The notes: generated from the sequence alone by a model not told the origin. Shown: positions 53,717 to 63,025, counted from the first letter of the stretch. The stretch: DNA of 64,000 bases from Candidatus Bathyarchaeota archaeon (GCA_963775895.1 CAVZKL010000019.1:1-64000), one strand, 5' to 3'. Program-made: numbers and translations.

Positions 53717-54370
53717 CTATCCAAGGTTTTCTAACTTTTCGTTCAGTTCCAGAAGATTGTGAATTACAGATTTCTCCTTGCGTTGTCCTCTCCTATCTAG
53801 AAAGTAAGCGTGTATGCCCAGGCTCTCTGGAACTTCAAAATCAAAGAAGCGATCATCGCCCACATGAACCATTTCCTCTGGAGTGATGCCGCAAATACCG
53901 CAGACTTTTTCGTAAAGACTGATCGATTTCTTGACAAGCCCGAAATCAGACGTTGAAGAGAAAACACGTTCGAAATAGTGCGAAATACTCGTTCTCTCCA
54001 GCTCCAGATCCGCAAATTCTCTTCGGGCATTCGTGATTACGATAAGCCTAAATCCTCTATCTCTTGTCTCCTTCAAGATTCTGGGCACTTCAGGGAACAC
54101 TCTAATCTTGTTTCTATATTGGTTCAGAATTTCCGCCGGAGATATGTCCAAGTCAAACTTCATTATCCAGTGACGCAGATCATACCACTCGACCTTCTCC
54201 CTGCCAACTTTGTCGTATTCTCTTTTTACATACTTCTTGGCGTCCTCGAATGAAATATCTCTCTTGAGAGCGTACGATCGGGGTATTCCTTCCAACCAGA
54301 CAGAGTCCACGAATGAGGTCTCGGTAATGGTTCCATCCAGATCAAACGACACTATTCTTATGTTGCCCAA
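53717..54370 (-). CDS. HAD-superfamily hydrolase
   Basis: FDLDGT, ITN, HVGDD..FD. Confidence 0.88.
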   Translation of the reverse strand: MGNIRIVSFDLDGTITETSFVDSVWLEGIPRSYALKRDISFEDAKKYVKREYDKVGREKVEWYDLRHWIMKFDLDISPAEILNQYRNKIRVFPEVPRILKETRDRGFRLIVITNARREFADLELERTSISHYFERVFSSTSDFGLVKKSISLYEKVCGICGITPEEMVHVGDDRFFDFEVPESLGIHAYFLDRRGQRKEKSVIHNLLELNEKLENLG

Positions 54371-54543
54371 GCTTTGCCCCCTTCGGTAACTTGTGCCTGT
54401 CTCTCATGTCACTAGGCCTCTGCTGCACTATATTTTTGCCTGTTCTTTTTGTTTCAAAGAACGTATATTCTTGACTTTTCTCTCAAACTGCAATTCTTCC
54501 TCCGTGTGTTTCATTGGAATGGGATGTCACTTTTCTAAAGTTA

Positions 54544-54620
54544 GTGTCTGAATGATGAGTTGGACTATTGATTTTCGTTTCACAATTCTTTAGAATCCAG
54601 AGCGGGACTCTGACATGCAG
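54544..54620 (+). ncRNA. candidate box C/D sRNA
   Basis: C box ATGATGA 54552-54558, D box CTGA 54610-54613, imperfect terminal stem; C'/D' boxes weak. Confidence 0.45.
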
Positions 54621-54622
54621 GG

Positions 54623-54808
54623 ATGACTATGAAGAAAGATGGTCCCAGACGCGCTCGTGCCAAGGAAAGACTGAGAACGTGCAGCTACTGCAAAGGTACT
54701 GGTCGTGATCTTGCACGGTCGCTTTGGGGTGAATTCATATGCCCCGTCTGTGGTGGAACGGGGAAGTTGAAGAAGGCTTTGGAGACAGAAAGCGCAATCT
54801 CCAAGTGA
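54623..54808 (+). CDS. DnaJ-type zinc-finger microprotein
   Basis: CSYCKGTG and CPVCGGTG in a 61-aa basic protein. Confidence 0.7.
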   Translation: MTMKKDGPRRARAKERLRTCSYCKGTGRDLARSLWGEFICPVCGGTGKLKKALETESAISK

Positions 54809-54850
54809 TCACGAAACGAGCTAACGCGACTTGTCCTGGCCTGAGGGCTT

Positions 54851-55132
54851 TCAGGTATCGGCTGGCTTGAAAAGTATGAATGTGTGGCCTCTGACTTCTA
54901 CCAGTGTTGCTCGCGTCTGCTCGGCCACGGTTGCTGTGATCTGTTTCGTCTCTTGCTCTGAGAGAGCGCTCTTCAAGATCTTGCATTTTACGTACTTGTT
55001 TCTGTTCAGTTGTTTTCCGATCTCTTTCACTATTTCTGGAGAGGCTCCACTCTTGCCAATCCATACTGTTGGTTTTTCTTCTCCGAATTTTCTTTTGATG
55101 AATCTTTTCTTTCCAGGCGTCATTTTGCTCAT
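54851..55132 (-). CDS. yhbY: YhbY/CRM RNA-binding protein
   Basis: PTVWIGKSG, EI.KQL, V.CKI, VEVRGHT.ILFK; ATGA overlap with rnp4. Confidence 0.9.
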   Translation of the reverse strand: MSKMTPGKKRFIKRKFGEEKPTVWIGKSGASPEIVKEIGKQLNRNKYVKCKILKSALSEQETKQITATVAEQTRATLVEVRGHTFILFKPADT

Positions 55133-55464
55133 GTTATTTTTTTCTCCTGCCTTCTTGCCGTGGGTATTCTCGTGTGTCCGCCACATTTCAGACAGGTGAT
55201 TACTACGTGTGGCTCACGTCTCTGTTGCAATCGTACCTTGCAGTTTACGCCGGGTAAGATAAAGCTCTTGCAGTGTTTGCAGATTTGTCGCTTGTATTCG
55301 GGCGGTAAGCAGATTTTAGCGGCCATGGCTATTCTTCTTGCGGTGTCCGCATAACGTTGCGCTAGGTCTGGGTTTTCATGCAACGTCTTGTGTGCCAATT
55401 CGAAGAGTGTCCGTATTCTCTGCTTGGCTATTCGTCTGGTATCCGTATCCACGGTGATTCCCAT
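55129..55464 (-). CDS. rnp4: ribonuclease P protein component 4 (Rpp21)
   Basis: IA.QRI..L, A.RY...A, CKHC...PG...C.KCG. Confidence 0.92.
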   Translation of the reverse strand: MGITVDTDTRRIAKQRIRTLFELAHKTLHENPDLAQRYADTARRIAMAAKICLPPEYKRQICKHCKSFILPGVNCKVRLQQRREPHVVITCLKCGGHTRIPTARRQEKKIT

Positions 55465-55635
55465 TCTGCTGTGCTGCGATCTTTGGCATTAGTGAACAGG
55501 TATTTGCAATGTAAAGCTTGTGACGGCAGAGTTTTTCAGATTCTGTCATGTTTTTAGGTTTTCTCTAATGCGTGTTTTTCTTTATGCGTCTTTCTTGAGT
55601 AGGTGTGAACCTGCGTTTTTTCTTAGGTTGTTGAT

Positions 55636-56865
55636 GTGGTTCAGTTTTGTCATACGCAAGGCAAATATAAACTTGCATGGTTTCTGATTAACTGGGTCGT
55701 GGAGGAGATCGCGCGCGGAAAGATCTGCAACATCGGCTACATAAACAGAATCAGAGATAACCTTCTAAATGTTCGAAAGAAGGAGCTGTCGCAGCTTTAT
55801 GAAAACCTGAAGGCTGCTGACTGTGTCGTCTGCGGAGGCTCGGGACGGTCGTTGTATTCCTTGAACGCGGCCATGAGTCAGATTGCGATCAGTCAGATAG
55901 GCTGGAGAAACAAAGTTGTTGTGACTCCGGACGATCCAGGCTTTCCTGGAAAAAACATGTATGACGCTGCTGCGGAGTTGGAAAGACGTTACAACAGGAT
56001 TCTGCTTCTGGTGAATTCTGGAAGTGGCGTGTCCTGGGATCCCTTGGTTTTGGCAGAAGATCTTTCAAAGTATGTTGAAGACAACAAGTCCTCCAAGTTT
56101 TCCATGGGGCTGATCACTTCAAACATGAACTCGCCTTTGGCGAAAGTGGTTGGCAAACACGGAAGTGTAGTCGAGTTGCGAGGACGGGGCAGGTCGAAGC
56201 CGTCGCTTGATTACAGCGAAATAGGAATAATGGGAGACATTTTCGAGCTGGGAAGTCTCCTTCTCCTTTCAATGATGACCGAGGCTATTTTCCGGAACCT
56301 AGAGGCGGGCGAAATAATTAGACTCTGCGACGAGGAATTCGAAAAGCTTTGTCCCATGATTGATTCCATCGTGGAATCCGACGTTTACTCAAGTCTCGTA
56401 GACGTTTTGGAGAAGCGGACAAGCGTTTTTCTGGGTGGGAAAGGTACAGCCGGCGAAATAGTGAAAATGGCTGCGATTCGGCTCTTCCACATCAAGAGCA
56501 CTCTTGGAGACAGCGTGCACATTGCCAGGGGTGTTAACACGCCGGCGCCGAGGCCGGGAGACCTCGAGATTCTGATGTCATTTTCGGGTGAGACAAAATC
56601 TGTCATAGCTTGGTGTGAGACTCTGAAGACAATGAATGGCACGATATTATCGATCACGGGAGTAAAAAAATCGACGCTGAGTGACAAGTCAGACCTTCAC
56701 ATAACGCTAGAGGAGGAAGTGAAAGCGGGGCAACCTAGGAGGTTTTACATGCGAGCAGCGTTTGTTCTAAGTCCTTTGCCCGTGAAATTGGTTGAGAGGC
56801 TGGGTGAAAAAGGGTTAACATTGCCGGAGTACATACTCCATTGGCACCATTCATTGACTGAATAA
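55636..56865 (+). CDS. tandem SIS-domain protein (6-phospho-3-hexuloisomerase-like x2)
   Basis: GSGRS, NSGSG, MGDIFE in domain 1; AIRLFH, PGDLEI..SFSGET, SITG..STL in domain 2; start uncertain. Confidence 0.75.
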   Translation: MVQFCHTQGKYKLAWFLINWVVEEIARGKICNIGYINRIRDNLLNVRKKELSQLYENLKAADCVVCGGSGRSLYSLNAAMSQIAISQIGWRNKVVVTPDDPGFPGKNMYDAAAELERRYNRILLLVNSGSGVSWDPLVLAEDLSKYVEDNKSSKFSMGLITSNMNSPLAKVVGKHGSVVELRGRGRSKPSLDYSEIGIMGDIFELGSLLLLSMMTEAIFRNLEAGEIIRLCDEEFEKLCPMIDSIVESDVYSSLVDVLEKRTSVFLGGKGTAGEIVKMAAIRLFHIKSTLGDSVHIARGVNTPAPRPGDLEILMSFSGETKSVIAWCETLKTMNGTILSITGVKKSTLSDKSDLHITLEEEVKAGQPRRFYMRAAFVLSPLPVKLVERLGEKGLTLPEYILHWHHSLTE

Positions 56866-56938
56866 CACTGTTCTCTTTGGCTGCTAGAGCTGTGCATTGC
56901 AGTTTCTTTCAGTTTATCTACACGCGCGCATCCATGCA

Positions 56939-57655
56939 TCACGTTAAGGAGCTGATTCTTTCTGAAAGTACTTTCCGGACAAGCCTTTTAGAACGAAACC
57001 TCACGGCAAATACTGTTGTCAGAGTCACGAGGAACAGTACAGGTAGAATCATGAACGACGGAAACTCCGGCACAGCTTGATCCACGACTTCAATTCGAAT
57101 GACCTCCTTAACCCAGTAGGCCGAGTCTGTGACCAAACCTTCAGGACCTACGATAGCGAGTCTCAGCGGTCCATCACCTGAAGCCAAGTTCTGTCCGTTA
57201 AAATAGTAAGCGAGGATCGGCGTCAATGACTGGTTGTGTGGTGTCGGTTGGCCCGTCGTGTTGTCGTAGGTGGTGAAATTGCCATAAACCTGAGAATAAG
57301 TGAGGGTTAGGGTATAGTTGTCGGCAGCTAGGAACTTGACAACGCTCGTGTTATTCAAGGCTTCAACTAGAGTGCAGAGCGTGGTCAAAGGCACACCAGT
57401 GTAATTTCCCACACCCTTGATGGCGGGGTATGCAGTCTTGTATCCTCCATAACCGCTGTAAGTTTGCAATCCACCGATGCCTGTTTCATTCAGAATAATA
57501 GTGGTGCCATTGCCAACGATGGCAACACTCATTGGCGGAAGCGGTGCAACAGTGGTGTTGGCGTCACATCGCCACACGGGCTGCAAAAATGAGAAAGTGA
57601 CTAGCAGGACTGAAGCTGACAACAAAAGAAAGAGAAGCTTTCGACGCACATTCAT
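56939..57655 (-). CDS. VPEF-anchored surface protein with sulfite-oxidase/molybdopterin-binding-like domain
   Basis: signal peptide; YTGVPL, A.DNY, ILAY..NG, GPLRLAI, WVKEV..IEV; VPEF+TM+basic tail; many N-glycosylation sequons. Confidence 0.75.
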   Translation of the reverse strand: MNVRRKLLFLLLSASVLLVTFSFLQPVWRCDANTTVAPLPPMSVAIVGNGTTIILNETGIGGLQTYSGYGGYKTAYPAIKGVGNYTGVPLTTLCTLVEALNNTSVVKFLAADNYTLTLTYSQVYGNFTTYDNTTGQPTPHNQSLTPILAYYFNGQNLASGDGPLRLAIVGPEGLVTDSAYWVKEVIRIEVVDQAVPEFPSFMILPVLFLVTLTTVFAVRFRSKRLVRKVLSERISSLT

Positions 57656-57922
57656 CTCGATCTTCCCTCCGTTCTCCGTTCAAATCGCTACCTGGTATAC
57701 GTATAACAGTATTCCGTTAAAGGATCATGCCGAACACGATGGTTTGGTGGAGCAGAATCCTCCTGAGCCAGTCATCAAGTTAATACGTCACAGCCTTCTG
57801 AAGCTCATCAGTGAGAGCAAATCACGATAGTCAATTGAAAGGTGCGCGTGCGTGTTAGAGAGCAAGCGCTGAATAGATAAGACATAAGAGTTTTAGAGTC
57901 TGAATACAATTGCTGATGTAGG

Positions 57923-58426
57923 TTGAGGGTTGTTACTCTCTGCTTTATGTTACTCCTAATCCTTCTAGTCTCCAGCATTGCTTTGACTAGAGCAGCCTCT
58001 TGGAGTAAGGTAATACAATTTACAGGCTCGGCGGGACAGGATACGCCGTACTTTTCTTGCAGTCACATCGAATGGCGAATCCTATGGAGTTGGACGGTGG
58101 GTTCACAGGGTTTAACAGTCGGAATCGTTGCATATGTGTATGATAACCAAGGCGGCCTAGTAACTACCATAGCGCCATGGATAAACGGCGCTCGCTCAGG
58201 CGAAACTTACATCCACAATCACGAAGGCACATTCTATCTGAGCATCAGCACAATAAACGTGGCAAGTTACACCTTTACAATCGAGCAAGACACCGACTCT
58301 GTTCCAGAGTTTTCGCCAGTGATTTTGTTGTTGCTTGTGATTGGACTGTCAATAGCGATGGTGACAGCAGCGAAGCAGGGGCATCTTTGCTCTCGAAGTC
58401 AAACGCGCTTTTTCGGCGCGGTATAG
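57923..58426 (+). CDS. VPEF-anchored small surface protein
   Basis: signal peptide, beta-rich domain, DSVPEF+TM. Confidence 0.7.
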   Translation: MRVVTLCFMLLLILLVSSIALTRAASWSKVIQFTGSAGQDTPYFSCSHIEWRILWSWTVGSQGLTVGIVAYVYDNQGGLVTTIAPWINGARSGETYIHNHEGTFYLSISTINVASYTFTIEQDTDSVPEFSPVILLLLVIGLSIAMVTAAKQGHLCSRSQTRFFGAV

Positions 58427-58546
58427 CTCAATGTAACCGCATTTTTCACGGTAGAACACGCGGACATCGTCGCCTAGAAAAAGCTCTCCGTTTGGGACAA
58501 TTTCAACGCTGTAACTGACGCTTTGAGATACTTGCCTTAGCGCGCA

Positions 58547-59263
58547 CTAGTACTCTAGTTCTCCGTTGATGAACTTTCTGGTAATTTCACTGTGGGGGTT
58601 ATTGAAAAACTCGTCGGGACCCGACCGCTCCACAATCCTTCCGTTGTAGATGTGAATTATTTCGTCAGCCAGCCTTCTTGCCTGAGCCAAATTGTGCGTA
58701 GCCATAATAATTATTTCATCCTCTTTCTTTCTACTAGCTATAGCCCTCTCAATCATTGTAGCATTGTTTGGGTCTAGATTCGCAGTAGGTTCATCCAAAA
58801 GCAAAATCCGCGGATTAAGCAAGAACGCTCGTGCAAGGGCGATTCTCTGTTGTTCTCCACCTGAGGTTTTCCTTGCCTTTCTTTTTTCGAAATTCCTCAA
58901 TCCAACAGCGTGCAATTCTTGACCTATTTTTTCTTTGATCTCACTGTCTTTTTTTCCTCTGATTTTGAGACCGTACGCCAAGTTGCCGTAAACCGACCTG
59001 TTGAACATCACTGTTTTCTGGAAAACTAGTGTCGCGATCTGGCGCAATTTCTTTCCGCTTATGTCCTTGCCGTCGAGAAGTATGTTGCCTTTATCCCGTT
59101 CCTCCAACCCAGCTATGACCCGGAGTAGGGTTGTCTTCCCAGCTCCATTGATTCCTATTAGTGTTATCGTTTTGCCTCCAACTACTTCCAGGTTAATGTC
59201 TTCTAGGGCTTTGATTGAGCCATAGCTTTTTTCAACGTTTTTGAGTTGGAGTCTTGTTTCCAT
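58547..59263 (-). CDS. tupC: tungstate ABC transporter ATPase
   Basis: GINGAGKT, SGGEQQR, LDEPTANLDP, THNLAQA.RL; adjacent to tupAB. Confidence 0.82.
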   Translation of the reverse strand: METRLQLKNVEKSYGSIKALEDINLEVVGGKTITLIGINGAGKTTLLRVIAGLEERDKGNILLDGKDISGKKLRQIATLVFQKTVMFNRSVYGNLAYGLKIRGKKDSEIKEKIGQELHAVGLRNFEKRKARKTSGGEQQRIALARAFLLNPRILLLDEPTANLDPNNATMIERAIASRKKEDEIIIMATHNLAQARRLADEIIHIYNGRIVERSGPDEFFNNPHSEITRKFINGELEY

Positions 59264-59308
59264 TGCCTCAGTCTTCTCCTGTGGTTAGTCTCGTGGCATA
59301 CGCCCTAC

Positions 59309-60037
59309 TCAAGATCCATTCCTTCTTCCAAGAAAGCTTTCTTCTTGTCTCAGTCTTTCCACAAGGTTAAGCGTCAAGGTTATCGTGAACACTATTACCA
59401 TGAGGATTATTGCGTATGCCATTGCGACGTCGAACTGTCCTAGATTTGTTTCCAATGCAATGGAAGTTGTCAGCACCCTCGTTTCTTGAAAAAGATTTCC
59501 ACCTATCATCATGGCCACACCGAGCTCTCCGAAACCTCTATTGAAAGCGGCTGTTATAGCTAACACCATTGACCAAACGGTTTCTCTTATTATGACCAAG
59601 TTGGTTCTAAGATTAGATGCGCCAAGCGTCTTAGCGAGATCTCTTAACTGGACATCAGCAGCACCAAGTGCACTGCCGGTGAAGCTGACGATCAAGGGTG
59701 TAACCAATATAGATTGACCAATTGCTATTCCATTAACCGTGTAAAGTAGATGTAGAAAGCCGAATAGTCCTTGACGCGACATAAAGAGATACAATAACAA
59801 TCCCAAGGCAACCGTGGGAACACCTATGAGCGCGCTGAAAATGCCTTTGATCAACCACTTACCTCTAAAAGAATGTAGACCCAAAACCATTGCTATAGGA
59901 ATGCTCCATAAGCAAGCTAGCAGCGTCCCAACGCCAGTGACGTATAACGACCTATAGACAGTCGCGTATACTTCATTGTTCCCACTGAAAATCAATTCCA
60001 GAGCCTTCTGGAACGCCTGAATTATTACATCTGCCAT
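59309..60037 (-). CDS. tupB: tungstate ABC transporter permease
   Basis: VPTVALGL.LY, G.FG.L.LLYT, E.G.AMM.GGN...TRVLTT.I. Confidence 0.88.
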   Translation of the reverse strand: MADVIIQAFQKALELIFSGNNEVYATVYRSLYVTGVGTLLACLWSIPIAMVLGLHSFRGKWLIKGIFSALIGVPTVALGLLLYLFMSRQGLFGFLHLLYTVNGIAIGQSILVTPLIVSFTGSALGAADVQLRDLAKTLGASNLRTNLVIIRETVWSMVLAITAAFNRGFGELGVAMMIGGNLFQETRVLTTSIALETNLGQFDVAMAYAIILMVIVFTITLTLNLVERLRQEESFLGRRNGS

Positions 60038-60106
60038 TCGAGATCACAAAGAAAAAAGAGGATTGAGTCTATGCGCGCGAGATAACTCGCGCCAGCATGC
60101 GCAAGA

Positions 60107-61380
60107 TCACGGGTTATCCCAACTGTTTGCGTATAGGTAGCCTGCGTCGTATCGGTAAGCCGATGCACATTCGGTTGCGTTTGCAGGGAGGTAAGCGTAG
60201 CTCTGGATCCAGCTCAACAGTGTGGCGTTGGCTCCGTTGGCTAATGGCACGAAGGGGGTGAAAAGTGGTGCTCCGAACGTTGACGTCCCATAGTTGGCTA
60301 ACAGGTTTTGGCCTTCGTCAGAAACCAAGTAGTGTATGAATAGCATTGAAGCGGCAAAGTTCGTTTGCGTGAGATTAGCGTTCAGTGGATTGTCTGCTAT
60401 CATGCTGTAAACGTTCAACAGGTCCTGGCTGGCTTGAACCACAATTTTCATTTGAATGTTCCCGTTTTTGGTGTTGGTCAAATATGAAGCCGTGTCCGAC
60501 AGTGTGTATCCGCCTAGTTGGTTGGCCACAAGTAACGTGGCGGTCATGCCTTGTCCTGTCTCCTTGTACCATGATGTTTCTGTTCTTATCTGCGTCCAGT
60601 TTATGCCTGCCTTAGCCCACAAGGTCTTTTCTTTTGCGTTAGTTCCTGATCCGTCGCCTCTTGATACCCATATGGCTTGACCTTGTTCTCCGAGTGTTTT
60701 GATCTGTTTTAGTGCGTCCAACGGTGTCATGCCAGTTACGTTGGCGGGATCGTTTTGGGGTCCTACGATTATGAAGAAGTTGGATGCTATGATCTTGCGG
60801 TTCACGCCATATCCGTTAACCATGAATGTGTTTTCCTGAACCGGATCGTGGACCATTATCATGTCTGCGTCACCTCTCATGGCTGTCTGTATGGCAGCGC
60901 CAGTTCCTTGCGAAAGAAAATTAATGGTTATCCAAGGGAACTTTGCCTGAAACACCGTTTTCATCTGATCTTCCACTCCTGTTTCGTAGAGGCTGGTCGT
61001 TGACGAAACTATTAGCGTAGTGGGTGATGGCGGTGAACCTGTCCATCCAAACTTATTTACATCAATCGCGATATCCCTCATGTTTATCCGGCTGTCGTTG
61101 TTTATGTCGTATTCCGGGTTCCAATTGGGTGTCCCTGGTTGGGCGTTGAAGACACTGACAAGTGTGGCTATGTCTTTCATGTTCACTTTGAGGTCGAGGT
61201 TGACGTCTTCTCTTATCGTCCAGTTAAGCCAGTCAGGCTCAGGATACAATCGGTCTGGTTGACCACGCTGCTGCTTATTCCCGTCAAGGCGTTTACATTC
61301 GATACCTGATAGAAAAAGGTTAGCAGTAAAGGCAACACGCAGATACTGAGAATCAGTATTTTCTTCAATCTTCGACTCAA
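60107..61380 (-). CDS. tupA: tungstate-binding protein TupA with N-terminal signal peptide and dockerin-like domain (frameshift ~61222)
   Basis: STTSLYETG, GTGAA, MVHDP, SRGDGSGT, GQGM, YTLSD, LLNVY; DVN.DLKVNMKD and DIN.DSRINMRD repeats. Confidence 0.85.
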
Positions 61381-61641
61381 TTCCGGGCATCTCCTTATCA
61401 ATGGGTCAATGCGTATGGCAGACAGAGGATCGATATGCATTTAAAAACATTTCGGCGATTGAAACGAAGATCACCGCCGCGCGAGCCATCGTTCCGTCAG
61501 TCGATCTATTGACACGATTTATCCTTGCGTTGCTGCTAGGTTGAAGGAGAAATTTGGTGACCTCTATCAGAAAGTCTGAAAAAAGCTTCTTGGAGGAAAC
61601 GAAGATAAAGACATTGAGAAATATGATTCTGCAGTTGTGAA

Positions 61642-62982
61642 CTACCTTTTCTTCAACATACTGCAGAAAGAGCGCGCGCTGCTTTTTGCGCAGAGCTTCA
61701 GGGCTGAATCTCCGCTGCTTGGCGGACGCGTTGTTCTCCTCTTTCTTAAGAGAAATCCAAAAATCAAAATGAGTGCGGCCAGCATTGTTGCCAAAAGCAC
61801 CTTTAAGAGTAGAAGGGGGTCCCCCGGCGGGCTTCCAACCGTTATCGTGAACGTTTTCAAACTGCTTATTCCTTCATCGTTGGTTACATTAAGCATCACA
61901 TAGTACGTTCCTCCTTTGCCGTACGAGTGTGACACGACTTGTCCGGTTCCGTTTGCTCCGTCGCCGAAACTCCATTCATACGAGACTATTCTTCCAACGT
62001 CAACGGATTTACTTGCGTCAAAAGTCACGTTTTGTCCAACGTCAACCGCTGCCGGATAGTATACGATGGGTTCCGGGACGCGGTGAAATTCTGCGCCTGA
62101 TATGCTCACGGTGTGAAAGCCTTCCTCAAGAGCCAGGTACACGTACGAGCTTGTGTTGGTGTCAGCTTCAATCGCGCTGAAGGTCTTTCCGTCCAGGGTG
62201 ACGTTGTACGGTCTGCTGAGAAAGTCTTGTTGCAGGATCAGATCGGTGAAACCCGACGTTCCTTCTGGAACAGTAACATTCAAGTTCAATGCTTTCTGGG
62301 AAGGGTCAAATGAAGAGGCTGTAATTGAAGCGTTTGTGAACGCTCTGACTTCGAAAGTTCTGTTTCCGTAGGACAACTCCAACGTCTGTAGTGAAGGAGT
62401 TGGCGTCGGCATTGGGCCGTAGTCAGGCACGTCGGCCGTGTCGCTGTATCCCGAACTCTCCCATTGTCCCTTGTAATCAGTCGTGACGACTTCTATTGTT
62501 TCAACGCCGCTAGCCCATTTGTAACCATACTTGCCCGGGACAGCCAGTCTGTTAGGACCTGCCGGGCCGTAAGTCAGTTGCGGGAGGCTTGTTCCGTTTG
62601 CTTCTAGAGCCAGAATTGTCGTGGGTTTTAAAGCGTCTTCTACGAGGAGGTCTGAAGAATAGCCGTCTGAACAATGCGTGACAATCTTGTAGGCTTCGGG
62701 TTTGATTTGAGCCAAAGTCAGTAGATAGAAGAGTGGTATTCCAGTCCAGTTGTAAGTAACGTCTGGAGAACCTGTGACGCATCTTAGTTCGGCTACCTCT
62801 GAAACCATGGGTAAAGAAACCAGTTCAGCATAGGTCAAGTTCAAGGGAGTGCTCACAGATCCGTATATCTCCAACGCGACAGGTGTTTGAAGGGCAACGG
62901 TTGCCTTCGACGCGGGCAGAAAAGTAACCAGAGCAAAGATCAACAACAAGGCCAAAGAAGCCGTTCTTAGGGTTTTGCGCAT
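61642..62982 (-). CDS. membrane-anchored surface protein: molybdopterin oxidoreductase (sulfite oxidase fold) + beta-sandwich + PKD + TM
   Basis: LRCV (Mo-ligand Cys position), WTGIPL, DGYS, RLAVPGKYGYKW; FDAS.S, YEWSFGDG PKD; C-terminal TM+RKRR. Confidence 0.82.
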   Translation of the reverse strand: MRKTLRTASLALLLIFALVTFLPASKATVALQTPVALEIYGSVSTPLNLTYAELVSLPMVSEVAELRCVTGSPDVTYNWTGIPLFYLLTLAQIKPEAYKIVTHCSDGYSSDLLVEDALKPTTILALEANGTSLPQLTYGPAGPNRLAVPGKYGYKWASGVETIEVVTTDYKGQWESSGYSDTADVPDYGPMPTPTPSLQTLELSYGNRTFEVRAFTNASITASSFDPSQKALNLNVTVPEGTSGFTDLILQQDFLSRPYNVTLDGKTFSAIEADTNTSSYVYLALEEGFHTVSISGAEFHRVPEPIVYYPAAVDVGQNVTFDASKSVDVGRIVSYEWSFGDGANGTGQVVSHSYGKGGTYYVMLNVTNDEGISSLKTFTITVGSPPGDPLLLLKVLLATMLAALILIFGFLLRKRRTTRPPSSGDSALKLCAKSSARSFCSMLKKR

Positions 62983-63025
62983 GTTTTTCAACCCCCTATA
63001 TAGCGCGCTGTGCCTTCTGAACAGG

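Noticed and set aside
61429-61459. ModE-like box (ATCG...CGAT) upstream of tupA
   Set aside because: Span is 31 nt versus about 28 for the consensus and the inner symmetry is poor; not supportable without a motif search
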